Below, in pieces: positions 21,532 to 33,791 of a DNA stretch of 64,000 nt. This DNA comes from Psammoneis japonica. Lineage: Eukaryota. Both the position numbers and the translations under genes were made by a program. A model generated the notes under the pieces. The model saw only the letters and a list, made by a program, of their open reading frames with translations. It was not told the origin of the DNA and ran no database searches. Position 1 is the first letter of the stretch; every line of letters begins with the position of its first letter. Location: NCBI GenBank assembly GCA_008632985.1, contig QPGO01000129.1:62001-126000 (forward strand), read 5' to 3'.

Positions 21532-24500
21532 TCAACTTACTTGCTGATAGAAGGAGCAACAATGAGTGGTGCCAACAGATGCTGTCAGACAGGTTGACAC
21601 ACCTTTTACAGTGAACTCATTGCGAACGTGTTTCCTTTTTCCCAAGGTGCGTTGTCGTTTCTCCTTGTCTCGCTTCCTGCGTTTATCCAGGTGGAGCTGG
21701 ATCACTTTGTTGGACAGGAAATGATTCGGCCAGTCATTGTGTCTGTCTGCAACAAACAACATTGAGCTCGAGCATCCCAGCGCTTCAACATTGTCTTCAT
21801 TGCAGTTGTCAGGAACAAGGACAGAGAAACCACCCACTGCTGTTGCGTCTCTGCTGGCACGCCAAAATTTTGGGATCATCTGAGACTCTCTGCCATGACC
21901 AACAGTTGTTGTTTCAAGTTCCCAGTGCTCGACCACACCGCTGGAAGACTTGCCACGCAACGTCTTCATCTGTTCCTTGCACGGCTGTCCTGCGGCAAGC
22001 GGCGTTGTTCCGTCATCAGCTGGCACGAAACCACGGAGCACAAACGGGCACTTTTTTTCTGACCAGTTCCCTCTTCATGTGAGACCCTGGGTGTGTCGTG
22101 CCACAACCCATTGTTGTTGCAACTGGGGTGTCCACGCATTAAAATCCCTTTCTCTGGTGTGGCAAACCCCGAGCAAACAACTGCTTCATCGCACTTGACG
22201 CAAAGTTCCTCCGTTGGCGACAACAAAAACTCAAGCAGGGCAGAGACCAATTCTGCAGTTTCCGGGAGGACACGGATCTTGTTGCTGCCTGAACACTGAC
22301 AGCAAGTTCGTGCAGTTCTGTTCACAACAAACAAGGGGTGCATCAATTTTTCTTCAGAGGAATTTACGCTCGCCTGTCCAACCGTGGAAGGGATGAGAAG
22401 ACTGTGTGCCTTCTCAAGAACTGCCATGTCATGCAAATGCACAACAAGTTGGTCCAAGAAATTGTCTGCACCCAGTGCAACCTGGCAAGTTTTTGCCGGA
22501 AGCTTGGCCCAGAACTTCAGGTGACTCTCTCCAGTCATGGCAGAGAAATTTGCAATCTGGCCACAAAGGAACGAGTCGATGATGAGATGCAGCATAGAAT
22601 GGAACTTGGTGGTCCAGAACAAATGAGTGTTCCTTGCACGACAAAGGCATGCTTTTATCTTGAACATGAGCAGGACGACTCGGCACTTGAAATCCACCTC
22701 ACCTGTTTTTCCATGAAGTCCCTTTCCATGCAGACAAAACAAATGGAAAAGCAGCATGTGATGCAACAAGTCCAACAATTCATCGACTCCACAATCGACG
22801 GATTTTTTGGCTGTCGTTTCGTCATCTACCATCTTCACAAAAGCTTGAGGAAGTTGGTTTTCCATTTCTGCATGGATGACAGTGCTTGGCAATTTTGACT
22901 TGGTGAGCAGACAGTGCCGTCTGTCTGCACACCTTGCAAAGTTGTCCCGATCATCTGCCGATTCAACGACAAGACCATGTGGTCCGGGTGTCAACAATTG
23001 TTCAGGTGAAGTCTCAACAGCCCGTTGTTTCCATCTCAACGATTTTGTTTCGTCCTGTGCAATCTTCTGGCACAACAAAAAGTGATCGTTGTCCAGTTGC
23101 TTGGAAAATGGTTCCCAAAATTCAGAAAGTCCGTGACGATGCATCTGTTGCATCACAGAGTTTCGGTGATGAAGATTGGATGGGTCGCAGGCGACATCAG
23201 ACCATGTCTCTTTAGGAAGTGCAACAGCCGCATTCTCATCAACCTGGCTTGTGTTGGTTGTGCCGGTTTGTTCATTGGATGGTTCAACGGGCTCAGCATC
23301 CTCATCATCGGGTTCACTTTCTGAGGATTTGGTCAATTGTTCATCTTGTTGCTTCTTTCCTTTAAAGCCATCAGCCGTCTTTTTCTTTTTGCTGTCAAAG
23401 GATGGATCGCACCTTTTTCCAGCAGTTTTCTACCAGCGTGTGTGTGACCAATGATTGCAAGTGCGAGAAGCTTTCCCATCTTCTCGTCACACGCAAGTTG
23501 ACTGAGTGTGGAAAGTCCCCCGTTAACTCGAATTCGCGGGCAGTCACGTCTCTGACCTGGATGACAATGGGATGTGCAGAATGGCTCAGATGCAATGCGG
23601 TCGTGTTCCTTTTTCCATTTGGCAGACATCTCTCCAATGATTGCCTCCATCATTTGAGGGACAATGCCCGCCTCCAACACATGCATTGTGTCAGCAACAG
23701 TCATGCCAAATGCACCACATGGGTTGTCGCCCATGTCAAGTGGAAAGTGAGCATTGTCCACTGCATGCTGTCCAAACACTTTTCTCAAAATTTTGGAGCA
23801 CACGGTCATTCGGCGAATGAGGGATGAAGCCAGCTCAGTCTCAGCCTTTTTTTTTGATGTCATTGTACGATGTTTCCGGGAAACACTTTTGACATGCTGG
23901 TGCCAACAGCTGTTGTCATCCTCTGGATCCGGGCCCAATGCAGCCACAGTGAGCAACTCCATGAAAGCTTGGTTAAAAAATTGGCAGACATGAAGGGGGT
24001 CATCAGAACGGTGGGAGGGCACATGGCAGTTGTGAGACAACCTCTCGGTCTTGCTTCGGCCCATGACTCTTCCACAAATGCGTTCTTGATTGAGGATGTC
24101 CCCCAACAGGGAGTTGCAATGCATCGCCACTCTGACACGGCAGTGTTGAGTGCCTGTCATTGCACGAACAATGGGTGGATTCGCCTGGCAATGAAGCAGA
24201 CCACGGAGGACCTCCGTGAGAATGCGGTGACAGTTGGCAACAACAAGGTGCCCAAGCTTGTCTTTCTTGTCTTTCCTGTCCAAATTGGGCATGAATCCGA
24301 GTGGACGCCAACAACGGCAGTCACGGCGTGCATCCTCTTGAATCATGGCAAGTGAGCACATTGCAGGCTCCATCCCGTGAGGATTGACCGCATTGACTCC
24401 TGTCTTGTCCAAGCAGTTGACAAGGTGAACGTGAAAATCAGATGCCGTTTCCTTTGCATTGGTGCAACGTTGTTGCCACTTGCCGTCACCCATGTCTTGA

Positions 24501-25948
24501 CTTTGAGTGGACAATCGCCAGTCCCCAGGATGATCCGGGAACGACATCTCAAAACCGTCAGCCGGGCCAGCACTGGGTTCCAAATCGCCGTCGGTGGGGG
24601 GTGGCACACAAGGTGACCAGACATCATTTGGGTTGACCTGCAACTTGGAAAGATCACGGAACACTGGCTTGGTGAAGAGATCCTGCAAGGTCTCGGTGAA
24701 ACTGCAAACCGGGAAAGGTGGGGAGCGACGACATTTGGGTCCGTCCTTCTGTTGCTGTGTTGGATTGTTACATTCTAGCATCACAGTGGCAGTGCGGGGG
24801 AGAGGAACATTGGGAAACAACCCTGGGAGTTGCTTCATCGCCACGGCGGCAGTGATGGGTGGCTTGGACAAATCCAGTCTTTTTTCTGCATGCTCTTCAT
24901 GCAAAATTCTCACCACTTTGTCGACAAAGTCAATTGCAACACCTGGCCGACGACACAAATGCGGCAAATGCACCATGGGTGCAATGCTGGGTGAGCAGAC
25001 TGGAGGTGCATCGAAATCCTCATCGGGTGCGGCATCACGCGGCGGGCCAAGAGGGTTGTGTTGATCAAGGGAGGAAACAGGATCTTCTGTCGGATGGGAA
25101 ATTGAGGGGGGGCCACAACTGCCATCGCGACGGTCGGCTCCAATGAACTCGGGAACATCCACAGGACTGTCCTCTCCAAGGGCGGACACACCATCATCTG
25201 CAAACAAAACAAATCGGCGGACATTTTGGGAGGCTGCACTGGCGGCAGCAAAGTTGGCAGCTGAGTGCAATCGACCAGAGCGTCTGATGGAGGGTGGGCA
25301 CAGTCCACTTCTGGCAGAGGGAGGACAAGCTAGAGAAGAATTGTCCATTGGTGTGGGAGGAGATGGAGCTGGATTCCAGAGGACTTCGGGGAGGGGAGGA
25401 GGGGGTTCGTTGTCGGAGAAACCAAACCCTGCAGGATCATCATGGTCGTCCAGTGATTCATCATGGTCGTCGTCTGGAGGGGGAAGTGCACGGGCGGCAG
25501 CAGAAGATGTGGCATGCAGGCGAAGGGACATTTCCTCTTTTTCACGGCAGGGCAAGTGCTTCTGTAGATGAAGGGCGATGTTGGAAAAGGGAACACGGCA
25601 ATGGGGACATTTGGGTTTGTTGGTGTTGGATCCAAGGGAGCCGACGGAGGCAGAATCCAGAGGATGAGAGGAAAGAGATGTTCCGCCGGATGAAGAAGAC
25701 AATTGGGTTGTGCGGCGCAACTGTGTCAATGGGGGATGGAGACCAGATGCTGCGGTGCAGTGCCGAGATGGGTGATGCTGCACGTTGTTTTCAGAGTCAA
25801 ATCCACGTTGTCCACAATGAGGACAACTAAAAGACTTGGTGGAAACTGTGGAACGGAGGCAGTTAGTTGCGATGTGCCTGCTGAGGCCACGTTCGGAAAA
25901 GAAACCGGTTCGTTTGCACCATGGACAAACAAGACCATCAGACGACAT
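21532..25948 (-). pseudogene. Plavaka-family transposase with three N-terminal C2H2-like Zn fingers, frameshifted
   Basis: ORFs 23333..25948, 21966..23336 and 21532..22041 give CLDKTG...MEP...WRPLGFMPNL, GDILNQERICGR, DTMHVLEAGI, KFHSMLH...G..AN...GESHLK..AKLP...Q and RGHPSC..NGLWHD. The N-terminus has three CPxC...H fingers. Confidence 0.8.
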
Positions 25949-26391
25949 GGCCGAAGCACACAGACGAAGGAGTTGAGAAGAGAATCAAAAGCAAACAGTG
26001 GGTGCAGCAACAATCACTTGGGGACACATTGAGGGCAGAAACACAGAGACACAACGTGCGGATGGACGGGGAGGAAGGATGGAATGGGCAGGGAGAGAAA
26101 ATTGAGAAAACAATTGGAGTCTAGGTTGATGGACGCAGGCGGCAATTTTGATCCAGAAAGTTGATCAACACACAATCCAGAAATTAAAATGGAGTTAAAT
26201 GTGCACACAAGGCTTGTCGGATGGGGGGGGCAAACAGCCAAATTGAGGAACACAGATGTGTGTTGTTGAACATTTCAGAAAAGCTGACTTGTCAAATCAG
26301 CACGATCTTGGACCAAAGGGAGAAAATGTCGGGTTTTATTTCAAGAAATCTTGACGGCTAGTGCGACACCTGGATCATTGGTGTCCCAGAT

Positions 26392-26479
26392 GAACTTGAG
26401 CCGCCCGCATGATGTGGCATCAACTTGAGCCGACTGCATGACATGGTGTCAACTTGAGCCACCCCTCATGACATGGTGT
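26392..26479 (+). repeat. Subterminal 29-bp tandem repeat (3 copies), with two related units at 11705-11762
   Basis: cttgagcc at 26395, 26424 and 26453; cttgagc at 11705 and 11735. Confidence 0.8.
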
Positions 26480-27069
26480 TTTCCTGTAGAAGCATGTGCA
26501 AACATCAAAGGAAAACAGGAGGTTGAGAGCACAAAAAATGCATTGAATCAACAGAATCTGTCAAACGATGTGGAGCAATTCAACAACTGAGAATGTGAGA
26601 ATGAAACAACAGCAAAATGACAGAAGCAGTTTTCATTCATTTTTGGACTTCATCTCACTTCTCTTTTTACAGATGCACTTGTTGGAGCAAAATGAATCAT
26701 GCCATGCATTGGCATTGTTGGCGGAAAACTGTTTGGTGGCAAAATCTATTTGGCAACAGTTGTTGACACCATCATGGTGTTTTTGGTGGCGGTTGGTGGC
26801 GGCACACCGGCAGGTGTTCGACATGGAAGGGAAGTCTGACCTGACGTCATGATGTTGCATGACATTTCACCATGGCGTGCATGCCAGAATCTGACATTGT
26901 GGTGGTGACATCAGCAGCCACAGTGGGAACAGTGTGAAACACACTGCATGCACTGCTGCACTTGACCTTGTGGCCATGACATCATCGCACATGTTGACAC
27001 GGGGAGAAGCAATCGACAAGTGCAAAGGTTTCATTGCAGTTGAGAAGCCATGAAAACTCTTTTATAAAA

Positions 27070-30000
27070 TGAGGGCATGCTCATTGAAATGTCCAGACAG
27101 GAACACAACAAAATGTCTTGTGTGATGTGGCCAAGTGGAGGGACATCAACAAAAGGGAGGTGTGGGGGGAAAGTCACTTGAGATGGTGCCCTTGAGAGAA
27201 CAATTCCCTTGCAATGGCAAAAACACCCTTGAGCTGTGGAAAGCAAAGTGAAGCCCATTTCCTGTGCAATGCCTGCAGAAAGCAGGAGCACCCCAAAGCA
27301 GCTTGCAAATGGCAAGAAGCACAACAACAAAACACTTCCCAGCAGGTGACTTTGTGCTCCTTCTTTGGCTGTGCAGTGCAGTGGCATGTCTCCAACAAAC
27401 ATGAACAGCAGTCAAATGGGCCAAACTGGGGCTTTGTCATGAAGTGTTGGGTGTGGCACTGCATGGCATGAAAAGCCAAAACTCCAAGAGCTCCTCTGCC
27501 TCCCTTGTTCTTTTCTCTTTGAGCTCTGGCAAAGAATCTTGGCAGAATGCAAAGACAAGCAGGAAGCTGGAGCAAGGGCCAACATTTCTGACTCAGCAGA
27601 CTTTGCTTGCATGGCAAAAGGTCAGGTGCTCACAAGTTGTCTGGGGCTCAGACAGGTTTTTGGTGCAGTGGCAGGAGGAGAAGGAGGAGCTTGCTGCTCT
27701 CTGGGAGCCAGTTTGAACCTCATGGTGGTGTGTCAGCTGCCAGCAGAGTGATCACCTGAGCTGCTCACTTGCAAATGAAGCTGAAAGCCATGACAAAGCA
27801 AAGCAATGAGCCACGTTGGCAGAGTGGCTTCAATTGTTTGTTTGACCCTTGAATGGAGTCTGGGTTTCCAGCAGAAACCAAGTCAAGAGATTGCAGCTTC
27901 AAGCTGCATCAACAGGCTCTTCACTCATTTCTTGTGTGCTCTGGTGTGGGTGCTTGTTGCAGCTGTGCTTGCCTTGACTTTGTCAATGACTGGAGAGCAC
28001 AAAAGCAACAAGAAGGGTGAGCCCAACCAGCAATGATGTGGCAGCCCCCCTTCTCCTTTTTTGCTCTCTTCACAATCTGCACACTGTTGTTTTTGGCTTC
28101 TGTTGCTTGTGCTCCTTGCCTCACATGATGAACAAATCTGTCTTCCATCTGTCTTCATGTCCCCAGTCCATGGCTTTGGCAACTCACCCTCTCAGTGTGC
28201 ATTGGCAGCTGCGCCATCCAGGGCCTTGACCACCATTCTTTCCAAAGTGCTGGCAAAAGCTCTGGATTGCAGCAAAGCACACCTGCAGCTCTTCCAGTTT
28301 CCATCAGGAGCCACAAAGCCCCTGTGCCTGTGTCGGAAGCTGTGCTGGCTCATGTTCTGAGTCAGGATCTTGGAACACTTCCTTCAGTGTGGTCATTTGT
28401 GGCTGCTCTTGTCTTGGTCATTAGAGCTGTTTGGAGCCAAGCTGTGCCCAGCAACACACCCAGGAAGAGTGAAAAAAAAACAATGTGCTCTTCATGAAGC
28501 AGGTGGTGTGGGTGGGCAGGTGTGTGTGTGTGTGTGGGNGGGGGGGGGGGGGGGGGGGGCAAAGAGAGGCAAAGAAAGACAAAGTCTTTTTGCTGGTTTG
28601 TTGGGCCCACTCCTCTGGCACCACTCCTCTCCTCCTGCTTGTCCAATCTTTGTCAATGGCACCTGCAATTCCCCAGGCCCCTGGTGGTGAGTTCTTGATG
28701 ACTGCGCTGCTGTCAAAATCTTTGGTGGGTGTGCTCCTTCCAAAGCTGCTGTGGTTGCTCCCTCTGATGCACCAGCGCTGGCCACTCCAAATCATCGTTG
28801 CAAGCCCTTGGTGGCACACGTCATGCTTTGGAAGCTGGTGCTGTTTGAAAGCCAGTGTGGGCATGTCCTTGGTGCATTTCTTCTGCATGTCAGGAGGGCC
28901 CTGCAGTGTTGGAGGCTGCACTCCAGCTCAGAAGTTTTTTGCATCAGTGCCACAACAAGTGTTGGAGAGGTTTTGTGCTCATGATGACCTCTCCACTCAG
29001 TTTCACAACCTCAGCTTGGTTGCTTGCAGCAGGGCTTCTTTGGGTTCTTGTTGTGCTCCAAAATTGCACTCCTCATGATGGCAACAAAGAACTTTTTCCA
29101 AACCCTCATTTTCACAGCCAAGATGTTTTTTGTCTTCCAGACATGGCTCCTTTGCCTCCAGCATCCCCAGATCCTTCAAGTTGTTGCCTCAAATCTTGTC
29201 CCTGCCTGCACCTCAACATGATGACCCCATCCCCCCCTTCAAAACAAAGATCAGCTGCTGCAACAAGATGCACCAGTTCAACCCAGCCCCCCTCAAGAGG
29301 TGGACAATCTCTTCCTCTAACCTCCCCTTGGTGACAACAAGTGCTGAAATGTGCTGCCAGCCTTGACTGTGCCATGTGCAGCTTTGTCTTCATTCCAAGA
29401 ATGGCGGTGTGCTTGATTGACCTGCAAGGCTGGTGTGCATGAAGTGCTGAACTCTGCATTGTTTTTCATCTTGGTTTGCTGTGAGTGAGCTTCTTTTGTT
29501 TGTCCAGGCTTGTTTTGCTCTTTGCCATCATTTGTTGGTGTTTGTTTGGATTTCAAAATGTTGTTTGCAGTGCTCTTGTTGCTTGCTGCTGTGTTTGTGG
29601 GGCTGCAGTCATTTGTCAGTTCTTGTGCTGTGTTTGCACTTTTGTTGTTGCTTTTCTTTCATTTTGCTGTGCACTGCAGTGTCTTGAAGGCCCCAATTGT
29701 TTGTCCTTTTTCTTGCCATTTGCTGCCATTGCAAGTGCCCACATTTTGCCATCTGCTGCTCTTGTTTGCTGCTCACCTTTGAGTCTTTCTCTGCTTGGTT
29801 GACTGGCTCTGAAGGAGTGAGGCCAAGGGAGTGCTTGCACTTGCATGTTTGCATGCATGTGCAGCATGTGCTCCTTCCTTGCTCTTTTGCTGCTTGCACT
29901 CACAGGGCCACTGCTTGTCATTTCAAGACCCAAGTTGGAGCCCCCACTGCTGCCACAAGTTTGTCCTCAATGCCCGCCACCATGCTGCTCCAGTGTGCAC

Positions 30001-31105
30001 CCACATTTCCACTCAAGTCACCAGCTCACTCTGCTTGCTGACTCAGCAAGCCCAGATCATTCACACTCTCTCAAAAAATGCCCCCCTTCCCAGACATTGA
30101 TGTGAGCTCTAGCTTTGGTGGGAATTTGCCGGAGGGGGCTGTGTGACATTTCATGTTTTTGAAGCCTCAGCGCAAATTTCAAATGCATTTCTTCTGTGTG
30201 CCTTTTGATTGAGTTTGTGCTGGCTTGTGGCCAGTCATGGCACAATCTGCCCAACAACTTGCAGTGGTTTTTGTTCAGCCACACATCTCTGACATCTGTG
30301 GGGTGTGACTGCAAGCAGGAGTTTGCCAAAATTTTGAGCATGAAGAGGTGCAATGATGGCACCACCAAAGTGGCCATGTGTTTTGATGTCAAAGATGGAT
30401 GCATTTTGTTGCCCAGCTCACAAGCTGCAGAGCTTGCATGCAGACATTTTCCCAAGTCTTCATGGAACACACATCACAAAATTTCTCTGTGGAAACAACA
30501 CTGGCTGCACATCCTCAGAGCTCACGACTCATCACACCGCAGAGAATTTTGTGCAAGCAGACCACTCTCCTGCAAAATGCACACAGAAATGTTTTCTGTT
30601 GACCTTCAAACAGCAGCGGAACATGTGTGTTTTCTCTTCAAGTGTGGGTCTGGAGCCCCCCCCCCCCAACAACCCCCCCAACAAAGGTGCCTCTTCCTTT
30701 TTCCTTTGCGGGGTTGAACAGGCCCCTCACCTTTTGTTGCAGCAGCACACTGGACGAGCTTCGAGAAATGAAAAGAAGGGTGGGAACCACTTCTGCTTGT
30801 GGGTGCCAGTTGTGGCAAAAGACATTTGCCACAGCTCTCCAGCACAGCAGTGTTGCCCAGGGTGCAGAGACCCCGTTTGTGCTGGAAACCCCGCACGTGT
30901 CAGCGACTCTTTTTGTTTGCTTTCACCAACTCTCTCGCAACTCAAAACAAAAACACAACTCCACTGCAGCACCCTGTCCATTTTTTGATCAACTGGAGAA
31001 TAAAGCCAAAGATTTGCTGAGTCCTCACTCCATGTCTCCAGAGTTGGTCGCCTGTTTTCACTCGAGGAACGGTGTGCACAGACACATTTTGCACTCGCCG
31101 CATGA
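27070..31105. other. Heavily degenerate relic, probably transposon-derived, depleted in both TpA and CpG; identity not recognisable
   Basis: Almost no TA and very few CG over ~4 kb. Dense spurious Cys/His/Gln-rich ORFs in all frames. No motif recognised. Confidence 0.5.
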
Positions 31106-31282
31106 TCTAAAAAGAACACCAACGCAACGAACCTATCTAACACCGCGGCACCGCGGTATAAGGTACCGCGCGCTGTCAGCCAGTCGGACATGAAAGCAAC
31201 GTGGCACGTGGAAGCAACTCAAGACTTTGCTCACATTTTCATTCACAACCATTCAAAACAGCGAAAACCGAGCGACACGACC

Positions 31283-32362
31283 ATGACGTCCCTCGCCGTC
31301 TTTCTCAGTCTCTTGTTGACATGTTCGTCAGTGCACTCTTGGATACCAAACTCATTGCCACACAGTCGTAAATCAATGTCAGCTCTGAGCGCATCGTCGA
31401 GCGATGTTGAGTTTGCAAAGTACCACGGGTTGGGGAATGATTTCATTTTGGTAGATGATCGATCTCAAGACGAGCCGTCTCTGACACCCGAACAGAGTGC
31501 CAAGCTATGCGATCGAAACTTTGGTGTCGGAGGAGATGGAGTAATTTTTGCGCTCAAGTCGCCTTCGGATGAAGACTATGATTTCTCCATGCGCATTTAC
31601 AACAGCGACGGCAGTGAACCAGAAATGTGTGGAAATGGTATCCGATGTCTGGCGCAGTTTCTCAAAGACTTGGGCGAAGATGGTAAGTAAAGCTATCTTC
31701 ATGTATTGATTTTCTCTCTGTGTGATTGATACTCAGTGTCTTCTTTTTTCATTCTCAATTCTAATCATATCGTAGCAACAACCTATCGCATCAATACATT
31801 GGCTGGCCCAATTATTCCGGTCATGAACGATGACGATACAATCACTGTAGACATGGGACCTCCTGAACTCGCAGCTTCCAAAGTACCCACAACATTGGAG
31901 GCAAACGCTGAAAAGGATTCTGCAGTAGAACAAACTTTAGTTGATGTCAATGGCAAGGAATGGAAAGTTAGCGCTGTCAGTATGGGAAACCCGCACGCGA
32001 TTATTTTTGTAGACGATTTGGAAAAGGATATTGATTTCGAGGTGGACGGACCCGCCTTGGAATCGGATCCGTCATTTCCCGCCAAAACTAATGTTGAATT
32101 TGTGCAAGTCATGTCACCGACGCATTTGAAAATGAAAGTGTGGGAACGTGGTGCTGGGCCAACTCTGGCTTGTGGTACGGGTGCTTGTGCCTTGACGGTT
32201 GCTGCGATTCGTGCAGGCAAAATTCCCAATGACAAGAATACCAAGGTTTGTGTGACCTTGCCCGGTGGGGATTTGTTTATTCAATGGGATGAAAGCGGCG
32301 ACAATAAGGTGTACATGACGGGACCCGCCACGTTTGCCTTTGACGGTAAGGCTCGGGTGTAA
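31283..32362 (+). CDS. dapF: Diaminopimelate epimerase, probably plastid-targeted; intron 31683-31775
   Basis: [40 protein letters not shown] and [14 protein letters not shown]. The GT-AG intron joins the two ORFs in frame. Signal peptide followed by an SW motif. Confidence 0.95.
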
Positions 32363-32571
32363 CATCAGAACGAAGGAACATCGTTGCCTGCGGTAGTTTA
32401 ATATCATGGCGCTTGCTATCTCGGTACAATTCTAATAGATACGGAATAAGATTGTCTATCATAATATGCTACAGTACTGTTAACTTGGAAATTCTTGTCC
32501 TCGTGCTCTGTTTACAAATTTCTCGCAGCCAGTACATCGAGTTTTCAGTTGACACCGTACACGAAATTATT

Positions 32572-33201
32572 CTAACCAAACAGGAACGATTCATTTGGCC
32601 CGTATATAAGTCGCAAGAATATCAGAAAGAGCATTGGTACAATTGCAAACGAGAACCAATGATTTAGGTCCGGGCGTTCATTCAATTGTTTCTGTACAGA
32701 TGATATCCTCGATGTATCGCTTTGCGAGAGTGCCGCCTCCATGGTATCTTCATCCTGTTGGTCCAAGTCTTGAAAAATAGTTTCCGCCAGGTGAGGCAAT
32801 CGCTCAATCTCTTGCTGCAACGAATCGTCATCGTCGTCATCATAATGACTGTGCGCTTGTCGGACGTTTGTTTCTCGTGCAGGAGTTCGGAGAGTACTGG
32901 GAGTGGACGAGACTGAAAGTGGCGAAAGAACGGTCGCTCTCTGTGCATTCGTGGTAGATGAAAGTGGTGGCGATAGAATATCCTTGAGGGCATTATCAAG
33001 GACAGCCTCTTTCTGTTCACTATACCCTCGGATTCTCACGTGCGTATTGGGTGTCTGGGTTGTTGTGTCGTCGTCCAAATCACCATGGTTTGCTCCATCT
33101 ACATTGCCACTGTTCATGTCGTTTTCAAAGTGCACCGATGAATCGTTATTTGTGGTTTTGGAAGAGGAGGAGGCATCCTTATGGCCTCTCAGAGAAGACA
33201 T
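32572..33201 (-). CDS. Hypothetical protein with a C-terminal TM segment; 3' end may be spliced
   Basis: 209-aa ATG-initiated ORF, acidic and Ser-rich, with hydrophobic WFSFAIVPMLFLIFLRLIY. Confidence 0.55.
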   Translation of the reverse strand: MSSLRGHKDASSSSKTTNNDSSVHFENDMNSGNVDGANHGDLDDDTTTQTPNTHVRIRGYSEQKEAVLDNALKDILSPPLSSTTNAQRATVLSPLSVSSTPSTLRTPARETNVRQAHSHYDDDDDDSLQQEIERLPHLAETIFQDLDQQDEDTMEAALSQSDTSRISSVQKQLNERPDLNHWFSFAIVPMLFLIFLRLIYGPNESFLFG

Positions 33202-33791
33202 GCTTTCTCGTCGCTCGAGTTTTTGTGGAAAATGGTATGATGCGGCAAGAACTCCTTCTCTTTGTTCTTGTGTTCAGCCCAAGCAAACCAGAGGATCTAC
33301 ACTTGCACTGAGCAAAGAAAATGTATGGTTGTGCGCTCTTTCCCCTTTCTCACTTGTTTGCATCACCGGCGGAAACGAACTACACCATCCAAAGCTATTG
33401 CTGTCTGCGTGCAATTTTTTTGAATGGTTCGCATGTCAAACATTTTGTGAGAGCGATTTTGCGTAGTCGTATTGGTCGTACGTAGAGTCTACGTAACATA
33501 ACGGTTTTTTCCCTTTTGTACCACTTCATGTAGCTTTCTACGGCCCATGACAAACGGTCACAGAGGTGCGTTGTGATTTCATACAAATATTCATACTTGA
33601 ATATTGTTTCAGTGTGCTTTCCATGACTCTTCCGTTGATTTTTCTCTTCTTTATTGATACATTTACAAATTTAGCTTTCGCGACAGACACTGAAAATCGA
33701 CCCTTCGATCTGTTCAATGGGCCGTGAATGCTTTTCTGCCGCTGTTTCATCGTACTCTTTCGCATAAGTTGCAAGCACCTGCAACAACAAT

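Larger units (their letters stand above)
11606..26912 (-). mobile_element. Decayed ~15-kb Plavaka-type (CACTA/EnSpm-related) DNA transposon with cargo genes; ends approximate
   Basis: Plavaka transposase at 21532-25948 and an accessory gene at 12195-13305. Inverted blocks at 11606-11629/26888-26912 and 11769-11793/26368-26392. Shared 29-30-bp cttgagc repeats near both ends. TpA-depleted throughout. No exact termini or TSD found. Confidence 0.65.

Noticed and set aside
28509..28560. (TG)n plus a long G-run as a telomere or G-quadruplex feature
   Set aside because: Simple repeat containing an N; its length is unreliable.
11400..31105. Well over a hundred overlapping Cys/His-rich ORFs in all six frames, suggesting metal-binding proteins or a variant genetic code
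   Set aside because: Explained by loss of TAA/TAG stops and Tyr codons. Flanking host genes use the standard code with all three stops.
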